Shown here: positions 25,001-34,654 of the stretch, one piece after another
Layout: every line of letters begins with the position of its first letter
Numbering within the stretch: the first letter of the stretch is position 1
NCBI GenBank assembly: GCA_030248215.1
Contig: JASANG010000295.1
Span: 558,001 to 622,000, forward strand
Length of the DNA stretch: 64,000 nt
Origin: Enoplolaimus lenunculus
Taxonomy: Eukaryota
Direction of reading: 5' to 3'
The notes under the pieces: model-generated
Databases searched by the model: none
Seen by the model: the letters and a program-made list of their open reading frames with translations, nothing else
What the model was told of the DNA's origin: nothing
Program-made: the position numbers and the translations under genes

Positions 25001-27772
25001 CTTGCTCCTGCAAATTCTCAAATAAATCAATGTATACCTAATACAATAAAGATTGTTCGCTACATATACACATAGGCTAGAGATGTCCCAAAGCCAGAAT
25101 TTTACCCGGGACCGGGGCCAGCAAAAATACAGTAAAGTTCAAATTTTCGGTACCTTTTGCGTAAGCATGTACGTGGGAGCACAGTACCCACGCGACTTTC
25201 TGCGTTCGGCGATGTAAAAACTTACTGTGCTGCGTTCGGATTCTAGCTAAACTGTGCCACGGGATGTTTTGCCTAGACATGTGTAGAAACTTACTGCTGT
25301 GCTGTTGTAGTGTTTACACAAGAAGTTTACACAGTAGCAATGTTTTGGTATGTGAACCAGTACATGGGTGGTACTACATTCATATTGGTTGGCGGTCGTT
25401 CCTTGATTTTATTTGTATTCTGTAGAGCTTAGTCACGCACTGTACGAAGCGAAGGCGTTTTCAGTAAGCACTGTTGGAGAAGCAGGGTAGAAACAGAGAT
25501 GCGATTTCGGTTAAAATTAGATTCACAATTAGTTCTGATTCTGATTAGAAATTTAAAATATTACAACACGCGAACTTTTCAGTTCCCATTTCAATATTTA
25601 CCAGTCGTACTGGGACTACATTTATTGAGCGAAGCTCTAACACACGTAAGCAATTAAGGTAATATGCAAATTAGTTATTAGCTAACTACTCAATTATCGG
25701 TTTAAGAGGTCTGAAACAATTTATTCAGATTCACCACGCCCAAAAACCTTCAGTATCCCTAATAATTATTGAAATAACTTAACAAGTCCTAATTTTGTCT
25801 TGTCGATTAAGCTAATATGCAAATTAGCTATTAACAAACTATTCAATTATCGGTTTTAGAGGTTTGTAAACAATTTATTAAAATTCCTCACACCTAAAAC
25901 CCCTTTAGTGCTGAAATTAGATTGCTTTTTACCTTAATAATTAGTGAAATATTGTAAAAAGTTCTAATTTAGGCTTACAAACTATGTTAATATGCAATTT
26001 ATCTATTAGCTAACTACTCAATTATCGGTTTTGGAGGTTTGTAAACAATCTCTTCAGATTCCTCGCACTTAAAAACCTTAATGCTGAAATTAGATTGCTT
26101 GTAACTGTAATAATTAGTGAAATAATGCAGAAAGTCTTTATTTCGGCTTAACTAATTATGCAAATTAGCCTGTAGCTAATAAACGGCTTAAAGATTAACA
26201 CCTTAAGATAATTGCTTTTCAAACGAAAAAGGTTTATCAAAATCGGTTCAGCCGTTCTTGAGATTCTTTTCGGACGGAAAGACGGACAGACGGACAATCA
26301 CCTTTCGAGCCCAGAGTACAAAACATAAAACGCTTCGTGAAACTCCGAGCTTCGCTCAATAATCTTGCTGTTCCCATTCCGCTTCCGATATAATCTGGTT
26401 TCGCTTTGCACTCTGTTTAGATTTTTTGGTTTCGTCCATGGTACCGTACGACCTCGGCACCCTCTGACCATGGCCATCTCTAACATAGGTATATATTACA
26501 AACAATGCTTATTTTCAAACACATGCCAAAAATACCCACAGAAGCACATTTGGGTTAGCCCTTAAAATACTTTATGTATTAAATACATTAAGAATCTAAC
26601 ACATATACTAACAAACATACCCCGCTCCGACGGCGTTTTCCGCAAATAGCTTGCGATGTTACACAGTAACTTTTCAATTTCCCAGTAGCGCTCACAGTCG
26701 CCATGTCCTAAATACGAAAGTAATGATCGCACGCGCTCGTTCGGTTGTGAATAGTGGTCAGAAAAGTCAGCTCCGACGACACGAATCAACGGTATGTTAA
26801 CTGAAAAATAATGCTCACCGTAACAATAAGAAAAATAAACTCCAAGCAGTCCAAGCAAATCGCAGAACTTTAGATAAGACCATAGCACAAAACATCATGG
26901 TGTGATAGACGGACCGACTGTCGATTTACCGAATTCCGGAACCGAGTAATGATTTTTTTACGAGAGCCGGACTTTAACTCGATACTTAAGGTTTAAATCC
27001 ACTTTTAAAACATTTTATCAGGGGGTTTCAACCGCCCCCCGCCCTGTTGCCAACTGGGGAGAAAACCTTGAGTGGGGATTTTTACCGACAAAAGCACCGT
27101 TTCTAAGTTATTACCCAAGAAGAAATGCACGATTGCTCGTATAAAGCATGTAAACATACTTTACACGCTTTACCTATTACGTGTTTTTCCACGGCAAAAC
27201 TATGCAAAATAGGTGTTTTTAAGCGAGCAGTACCATAATAGCCCTGCACGAAAATTTTGCAACAAATGCGGTGGATCGAATCCAAGACATACGGTCAAAT
27301 ATAATACCGGAACAGGATATCAAATTGATCTCTGGCTTAAAATTATACTTCACAAAAAGGTCGTTTCGCTAAACTGCTAAGAATACAAAAAAATGTAAAA
27401 AATTTTAAACTTTGAGCCCCGGACTGTTAAACCCTCAACCCGCTAATTGAAATCGCCATGGTTGAACATGTCGTCAAATGCGAAAAATCCCCCACCCAAC
27501 TCGAGATTTGCCTAGCGACCGAAACGCCAGAACTAGTTCAACGCTATCATACACGGATCAGAAAATTCAAACTAACTCGGCAACGTATCTACGGCAACGC
27601 CCAGTGAGGTCTGATCAAAAGGACAGCAACCAGCACTGAGCTGGTTAACACACTGACCGCAAACTAAATGCCCACATGTCAAGGCAATTGGAGCATGCTC
27701 GCATGTATCGAACGGTTTATTACATATTGAACATGTTAGAACATCGCTCCACAGTGGGGCGCTCAGAGGCAT
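12401..27772 (-). CDS. rle-1 (RC3H1/2): Roquin / RLE-1 (RING + ROQ + CCCH zinc finger RNA-binding E3 ligase), 23 coding exons, ~1754 aa
   Basis: Hand-spliced GT-AG exons: 27772-27577, 26800-26621, 25007-24939, 24578-24414, 24115-23940, 23490-23290, 22951-22819, 22317-22206, 21908-21792, 21509-21364, 21098-20984, 20628-20543, 20358-19994, 19570-19272, 18662-18358, 17891-16960, 16315-16225, 15758-15412, 15090-14982, 14817-14601, 14030-13486, 13091-12835, 12502-12401 (TGA). Total 5265 nt, and phases chain correctly. Roquin signatures include [41 protein letters not shown] and [21 protein letters not shown]. Exons 1-9 are secure; some boundaries in the low-complexity 3' half (16960, 15412) have alternatives. 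Confidence 0.95.
16960..17891 (-). CDS. rle-1 (RC3H1/2): Roquin exon 16: large low-complexity Q/N/S-rich exon
   Basis: 932-nt open exon between TCTTTTCAG| and ACA|GTAAGT, corresponding to the 324-aa ORF. The next exon, 16315-16225 ([20 protein letters not shown]), resembles the Roquin LxELHRRRKEI motif. Confidence 0.8.
21792..21908 (-). CDS. rle-1 (RC3H1/2): Roquin exon 9: CCCH zinc finger
   Basis: [31 protein letters not shown] (C-x8-C-x5-C-x3-H), flanked by TTCCAG| and AG|GTAAGA. Not shown in the ORF track. Confidence 0.93.
22819..25007 (-). CDS. rle-1 (RC3H1/2): Roquin exons 3-7: HEPN-N/ROQ RNA-binding domain (span includes introns)
   Basis: Spliced translation [12 protein letters not shown].. 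[100 protein letters not shown] is the conserved ROQ core. Confidence 0.95.
25622..26362. mobile_element. DINE-1/HINE-like non-autonomous element in Roquin intron 2
   Basis: Perfect 16-bp inverted ends TTATTGAGCGAAGCTC / GAGCTTCGCTCAATAA. Contains 3-4 internal ~150-180 bp tandem units (AATATGCAAATTAG..CAATTATCGGTTT), the block AAAATCGGTTCAGCCGTTCTTGAGAT and a GACGGACAGACGGAC microsatellite. Confidence 0.7.
27577..27772 (-). CDS. rle-1 (RC3H1/2): Roquin coding exon 1: start codon and RING finger
   Basis: [17 protein letters not shown]...[11 protein letters not shown]...CPFDQ matches the Roquin N-terminus, including its Asp-terminated RING. Donor A|GTTAGT splices in phase 1 to TTTTTCAG| at 26800. 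Confidence 0.95.
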
Positions 27773-29139
27773 TGGATTGCCCGAGCTCTTGCGAGCGAAA
27801 AATTGGTAAATTATACACTTTACTTGTGACTGCTACCGTTCGCTGTCTAAACCATAACGTTAGAAAACAAAAAACGTATATTCTGCTTGGTCGGATACCC
27901 TTTAAGTCATGTAGATAGCTGGAAGCATGAGCATGGACAGATTTCCAACAGGAACTAATTTCGTTGGAACCAAAACAGGAACCAGACTTAAATTTTAGCG
28001 CAGCTACAGGAACTGTAATTCGAAACCAATTTCACAACCGAATTACTGTTTAACTCAGTTTACATGCATTTGTAGCGATTTCGTTATCAAGCATTTGTTA
28101 ACCTTGCGATATATTTGTACTTTAAGCTTGCGTATGACCGTTAAGAAATCGATTACAAATATCTGCAAAAAAGTTGATTTGCCACAAAACTAATGATGAC
28201 TATAATGCCCAGCATACCACCGAGTAAGCTAGCCACTTCGGTGAGGGTTCCGCCCAACAATCCCCGACTACGCATTTTAGATTACTGCCCCAGTTATTTT
28301 TTAAATCAAAACATTCACGAAATAGCCAACTATATTTTCTGGAACACCTAGCTCGAGCTGATTACGATTACATCAAATCCATCAACCAAATATTGTTCTC
28401 CGATGCCTTTCCTAAAAGCGAAAAAACCCTACCATTTTCACAAATCACGGTGAAACCCCGGGAAACCCCGGTACCATGCTATACAGTTCCCCAAATCTAC
28501 ACCTAACATTATCACTGAACATCATTTTGTGCGTCAGCGAATTCAATTATGTACCGAAATATTTTGGTATGCCAAAAAAAATTAGCACATGACCAACAAC
28601 AATATTGCACTAGCTAGTTGTTTAAGATAAAATTAATTGAGAACAATATCCGATCAAGAGTTTTTCTAATTGAACTTGCTAAACTTAGACCAATCATTTC
28701 TCATCAACAAATTTCCCTTGCAGTGTTAAGTATAATTTTTAGGCTTTAGTAACAATTATTTCAGGCTACTGATTTTTTAATAACGTTTTGTTTCGTCGGC
28801 AATTCCAATAATTTCTTAGCGTGACCGTGATACTTTGAAATGTGTCGTTTCAGAAATAACCTAGTTTTACTGATTTGCGAATTGACTGCTTTTTAATTAC
28901 TCTTGTGTAACAGAATTCTGAAAAGCAATTAAGACGGTCAGTGGCGTACAGAGAAATTTAGATGGGGGTGCCGCACCCTGTCAGGTCCGTGCCTTGAGTT
29001 TCCACCTAAAAGCTAAATTTTAGAACTCTTGCCGTGCCTTGAGTTTCCACCTAAAAGCTAATTTTAGAACTCTTGAGCAGTGGCCCATCTAAAATGTTTG
29101 GCGGGAAATATGAGATTGGTCACGCTTTCCTGCTCGGCT

Positions 29140-29430
29140 ATGTGAGCAATATTCTTAAGAGAGTATATAAATAAAATCAAATTTTCGGTTAAGCTCAGGC
29201 TCCCCCAACCTAAGCTTACGCCTTGGACGTATCATAGGTAGTAAAATTAGGGTATTTGGATGGGCTTAGCTTTCAATTTGAAGGCGACTTCTCTGACAAA
29301 TCTTGTTTCTAAGACTTATATGTCTAAAAAATCAGCAAAACAAGCCTTATTTCAGACATATTCATATTGAATTTCAGAAATATTTGTCTTTATCGTCTAT
29401 GAAACACTCTTAAATTTAAGACATTTAAGT
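29140..29430 (-). repeat. Dispersed AT-rich repeat (AGACA/TCTGAAA-rich); copies at ~41460-41800 and ~50480-51150
   Basis: The reverse complement aligns by eye with 50620-50890 (AAATGTCTTAAATTTAAGAGTG..ACAAATATTTCTGAAAT..GTCTTAGAAAC). Confidence 0.7.
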
Positions 29431-29436
29431 CTTAAA

Positions 29437-29875
29437 GGGACAGTAGGACAGCGGGGAAAGTGGGACAGCTGGAACAGTGGGACAGCCGGGACAGCGGGAC
29501 AATGGGACTGCCGTGAGCGTGGGACAACAGGAACAGTGAAATAGCCGGGATGGCCAGGAAAACGTCACAGCCGGGATGGCCAGGACAACGTCACAGCCAG
29601 GATGGCCATGACAACGTCACAGCTGGGATGACCAGGACAACGTCACAGCCGGGACAGCCGCGACATTGGGAGAGCTGGGGTAGTAGGGCAGATGGAACAG
29701 TGGGGCAGCCGGGACAGAGGGACAGCGGGGACAACCGGGTCATCCGGATAGCCGGGACGGTGGCACAGCCGGGACAGTGGAACAGCAGGGACAGCGGGGT
29801 AGCAGAAACAGCGGGGCAGTGGGACAGTCGAGACAGAGGGACGTGGGACAGCCGGGACAGCGGGATATTCGAGAC
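29437..29875 (+). repeat. Degenerate 8-9 bp GGGACAGC(C) minisatellite, continuing at 32109-32322
   Basis: Directly visible, and in the same orientation on both sides of the 29876-32107 element. Confidence 0.85.
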
Positions 29876-32107
29876 GGCCCATGTTACTCTGAGAGGGGCG
29901 TCCCATTTACCCACGGGACAGCAATATACCCGGAGTGCAATGTTTTTGCTGGGTTGGTCGGGACAGCTTCAAACTTGGTTGTTCTCGGTCGGTCGGGACA
30001 GCCGGACAGCTTCGAATCCGTATTTTTGCTTGGTTGGTCGCTACAGCCGGGACAGTTTCGAGCCCGTATTTTTGCTGGGTCGGCCGGGACCGCCGGGGCA
30101 GCTTCCAGCCTATATTTTTACTGGGTAGGTCGGGACATCTCGGACAGCTCTAGACCTATGTTTTTGCTGGGTCGGTTGGGACAGCCGGGATAGCGTGGAT
30201 CAGGCTCATGTATAGAACACTGATACAAAAACATTTTCTTTTATTGCGTTTTTAAGGGGTTGTCGACCCCTAAACCCCCACGCAAAGCAATTCCTTGTTT
30301 GAACAAAATTTTTTGGCTTTGTCTTTGTAGCTTAAGTGTGAGAACTGCTTAGACCGGGAGGCTTGGGGGGCGGCAGCCCCCCGTCCGGCTTAGGGTCCCT
30401 TAATGTTGCAGGGGGTTTAGGGGAAAAGTTATCTATGTAAAGGATGGAAGGTTTTATCTCAGGAAGTTGTCTTTTTTGTCTTTTCGAAAAGGTTTGTGGC
30501 CCTTCCAATCCCCCGCTACACACATACACTGGTTAATTTACGTTTACGCTGAATTTGTATAGACACTGTTATTGTGTTTCAAATTCATTTTCAAACAACT
30601 AAGCCTTAAAAACTCAGCCTGAAAAAATTACAAAGCAGTTGCTGCCTAAGGCTTCTGCAGAAAATTGACCTACAGCTCCTGTTTTGGGAAAATTTTAGCC
30701 GGAGGTTCAGGCAATTTGGGTAGATGCTTTAAAACAAATTTGTGATGAAATGATAACACCAGTTTAACATATTGTTATTCACTAACGCTTTACGAACTGC
30801 GTTGCCGGCTCCTGTTTCTTCACCTCCGCTTTCGCACTGCTTACTGCTTACTTTCGCTACATCGTTGCAAACACGAATAATAGATCAATGTTATTTATAT
30901 TTTGCAAAAATATACCTAAAAGAAGCGGACGACGAGTGGATCACAAAAATTTGATTATCTCTGCACTACTTACAGGTTCAGATACATTGCATAACGCAAG
31001 AGTGAACTGCAAGCTGTTCCGGTTGTCCCGATCGACTCAGCATAAGCATAGGTTCAAAGTTGTCCCTGCTGTCCCGACCGGGTCAACGAAAACACACGCT
31101 CGAAGCTTTCCCGGCTGTCCCGCCCGAGACAGCAAAAACATAGGCTCGAAGCTGTCTCAGCTGTCCCGACCAAGCCAGCAAAAGCATAGGTTTGAAGTTG
31201 TCCTGGCTGTTCCGACCGACCCAACGAAAACACACGCTCGAAGCTGTCCCGGCGGTCCCACCCGACCCAGCAAAATCATAGCCTCGAAGCTGTCCCGACC
31301 GACCTAACGAAAACACCCGCTCGAAGTTGTTCCGGCTGTCCTGACCGACCCAACGAAAACGCCGCTCGAAGCTATCTCGGCTGACCCGCCCGACCCAGCA
31401 AAAACATAGGCACGAAGCTGTCCCGGCTGTCCCGACTGACAACACGAAATTACGCGCTCGAAGCTGTCCCAGCTGTCCCGCACGACTCAGCAAAAACATA
31501 GGCTCGAAGCTGTCCCGGCTGTCCCGACCGACCCAACGAAAACACACGCTCGAAGATGTCCCGGCTGTCCCGCCCGACCCAGCAAAAACATTGGCTCGAA
31601 GCTGTCCCGGCTGTCCCGACCGACCACACAAAAACACACGCTCGAAGCTGTCTCGGCTGTCCCGCACGACCCAGCAAAAACATAGGCTCGAAGCTGTCCC
31701 TGCTATCCCGCAGACCCAGCAAAAACGTAGGCTCGAAGCTGTCCCTGCTGTCCCGACCGACTCAACGAAAACACACGCTCGAAACTGCCCGGCTGACCCG
31801 ACCGACCCAACGAAAACACCCGCTCGAAGCTGTCCTGGTTGTTCCGCCCGACCCAGCAAAAACATAGGCTCGAAGCTGTCCAGATTGACCCGGCCGACCA
31901 AACAAAAACACACGCTTGAAGCGGTCCCGGCTATCCCGGCCAATCCAACGACAGCACACGCTCGAAGCTGTCTTGGCTGCACCGCTCGACCCTGCAAAAA
32001 CATAGGCTTGACGCTGTCCCTCCGTTCCAGCACAAACAAATGGGTAGGAGTGTTGGCCTGTTGCTGTCCCGCGGGAAACCGGGACGCCGCTCAGAGTAAC
32101 ATTGGCC
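29876..32107. mobile_element. Foldback-like non-autonomous DNA transposon with GGCC(A/C)ATGTTACTCTGAG TIRs and inverted arms of 46-bp repeats
   Basis: Left end GGCCCATGTTACTCTGAGAGGGGCGTCCC; right end (reverse) GGCCAATGTTACTCTGAGCGGCGTCCC. The arms at 29940-30190 and 31010-32030 carry the same 46-bp unit in opposite orientation. Flanks TTCGAGAC / TTCGGGTC match at 6/8. Confidence 0.75.
31010..32030. repeat. 46-bp minisatellite, ~22 units, largely alternating A/B variants (92-bp higher-order repeat)
   Basis: GCTCGAAGCTGTCCCGGCTGTCCCG is followed alternately by ACCGACCCAACGAAAACACAC or CCCGACCCAGCAAAAACATAG. Confidence 0.9.
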
Positions 32108-32439
32108 TTCGGGTCGGGACAGCGGGTCAGCGGGACAACTGGGGCAGCGGGACAGTGGAACAGCCGTCATAGTGGATAGGACAGCCGGGACAGCTTGACA
32201 GCCTGGGCAGTGGAACAGCCAGGTTGTGTACATTCGGACAGTACTACAGCCGGGACATTGGGACCGTTGGACAGCCGGGACAGTTGGACACCGGAACTAT
32301 CGGGACAACCGGGACAACGGGAAAGCATTTATTACAAATTTTAGCTGTTCCGGTAAAGAATTACTTAGTGTGGCTGCCTAAGGTGTCACAAAATCTTGTC
32401 CTGCTTAGGTTTCCTTGAAAGCGAGGAGGGCTCAGGGGC

Positions 32440-32965
32440 GTGGTATCTATTGCCATGGGCGTCACAGTGTGATGTGGGTACGGATTTTTACACCTGACTC
32501 GGGCACTACACGCAGGCAAATATAATTTTTTACCCGCGGGTTTACCAGCACTAAAAATATCTACAATGACCGACTTATTACCCGCGCCTGAAGTTTAAAC
32601 AAGTATTTTAAGAATCACTGGCGATTTGCACATGAAGTTTTGCGTTATAGCTGCAATGAATCTTACACCTGAAAGCTTTACTAGAAGCAACAAAATTTTA
32701 AACCGAACTAATAAAGAACAGAACTTTTGGTTTGCCAACGCTAGCAGACTGACTTAGTTTAATAGCGTATGTCTTTCACCTTAACTCTAAAGATACAAAC
32801 TGGGAATTTTAACATTATAGGTTAGGCGCAGTGAAAAACTGCCAATTTTTTACCCGCGTGATACAAATTTTTACCCGCGGGTACAGTCACGGCTAAAACT
32901 CTTTACCCGACACGCGTTTACCTGCGGGTACCCGTGGGTTAAATTCCACTTTGATGGGCGTAGCC
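32440..32965. mobile_element. Degenerate MITE-like element with (TT)ACCCGCGGG subterminal motifs
   Basis: Clusters of TTTTTACCCGCG(G/T) near both ends. No clean TIR or TSD resolved. Confidence 0.4.
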
Positions 32966-33334
32966 ACGCGAAAAGATAATGCGTAGGCTTTAATTAACGG
33001 TTGTCTGCTATCTGCACAGAGAGGTAAATTTTTGACCTCTTGGTAAACCGGACTCTCGAATGCAAGACGTTTGGCCATCACCGCTCGCGTACAATTTACG
33101 TTCAGTTGCTCACACTATATATACGCTCTATTTTTGGAAAAAGTATAAAGTATAACAAGCGCCGTTTAACTGTGAAAAGTTATGGAAAGAAACGAACAGA
33201 GTTTGGTGATGAATTTTCGCTATCTACGCTACAAACAATTACATAGTATTTTGAATACCGTTTGGATTTGAAATCATAAGCAGCAATAAAGAAGCAAGGA
33301 GGCGCCGTTGCCATCGAAATACACATCCTAACTA

Positions 33335-33534
33335 TACTGCAAAAAATGGTCAGTCAAATTGACTCTTTCCGAAATACGCTTTTCCTCGCTACACAAACTG
33401 AGTCAAAATTCGACTCCGCCAGAGTCAAATTGAGTCGAATTTGACTCAGGCGGAGTCGAATTTTTACTCAGTTTGTGTAGTCACGAAAAGCTTATTTCGG
33501 AGAGAGTCAATTTGACATTACCGTTTTTGCAGTG
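33335..33534. mobile_element. Fully palindromic CACTG-ended (CACTA/CMC-like) MITE with TA flanks; second copy ~49652-49814
   Basis: TA|TACTGCAAAAAATGG...CCGTTTTTGCAGTG|TA. The 200 bp fold as one hairpin (e.g. CTACACAAACTGAGT..ACTCAGTTTGTGTAG) with GAGTC/GACTC modules. Confidence 0.8.
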
Positions 33535-33949
33535 TAGGCTATACCACCTTTGTCGTGAAGGAAGTTGTATTGTACTCCATAATAACCTTGAGTTCAACAG
33601 TCATTTGTTGCAAAAAATTAACCGGTACGCCAAAGCGACTTTCGTTCTCTCATAAAATTTTTGCATTCAGAAAAATTTTGACCCCCTCAAAGGGCTAAGT
33701 GTTAAACAGAGATACTCCGTCCTTTGGGCCCATGTATAATTTACCGTTTTTCCGCGGGGCTGCAATGGAGCAAGGCTTTAAACAAATTTTTTTCTAAGTT
33801 CTCGGAATATGGACGAATATGCTTATGCTATTGGTACGGCCGAGGTTTCTACACTGGTCGTGCCTGGCTCTACGAGTATATTCTGCACGTTTCCCTAAAC
33901 CGCTACACCAATATTACAACGTTCCAAGCCATTTTGGCTTTTTTGGCCA

Positions 33950-34110
33950 ATAATACTTTGAGTGGCGTAACAGTAATCCAGGCAGATCCCTATGCCGCCT
34001 ATACCTTGGCGTAAGGATAAGATTAAAACTAAGCCTAAGCCTAAACAAGAAAAAGCAGTCTAAAGCTTACGGTTAACTATTATAGTCCCGCAAAAATGAT
34101 TCGCCGGTCT
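33950..34110 (+). mobile_element. Degenerate copy of the telomere-like MITE
   Basis: GTAACAGTAAT..CTAAGCCTAAGCCTAAAC..AGTCTAAAGCTTA..TAGTCCCGCAAAAA. A possible GGCCCATGTATA end lies at ~33726. Confidence 0.55.
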
Positions 34111-34654
34111 AAGTAGCATCGTCATGTTACTAAATATACTAAATACATAGCTAATATAGGCTTCACAACAATTTGATATTTTCAAGCGCTTACGATATAT
34201 TTGGACTTTTACTTTCAATATTCCACTCGCTGGAGCTGATTCCCTCATTTCACAATCCATTATTCAAAAAATACGTTCAAGCTTTAATTATTTAAGAAGT
34301 ATAGATTCAGTCTATTTATTTATTTAAAATTACACCATTTGCCATGAATAAAGGACAATTCCAATCAATAAATCCACAACATTTGATTTAGTAAAACAAA
34401 CTCAGATTTTCCCATATTAGGATAGAGACCGAATATCTTGCGGTGGATCAAGAAATTATTGGCTGAAGGCCACGCGGTAATAACATAAAAACTCTCGAAC
34501 GAAACAAGCCTAAAAATCCAAACAATAATTTTTTGTTTTGAGGTTGAAGTTGTAAAATTTAAAGTATAGAGGACGTGTTTTTTACACAAAAACTTTTGCA
34601 ATTCTTAAACATTTGAAGACATTTTTGCTGTATCCGTGAATTTACTTTTTTTGC

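Noticed and set aside
28988..29075. 44-bp direct duplication (similar small ones at ~13175-13220 and ~19050-19110)
   Set aside because: These are ordinary local slippage duplications with no further structure.
31010..32030. Repeat-spacer (CRISPR-like) reading of the 46-bp array
   Set aside because: The variable parts are two recurring variants, not unique spacers, and the array is a transposon arm.
29550..32233. Long ORFs such as 31083..32039 (318 aa) and 29550..30128
   Set aside because: They are stop-free only because of GC-rich minisatellites, overlap in several frames and show no domain.
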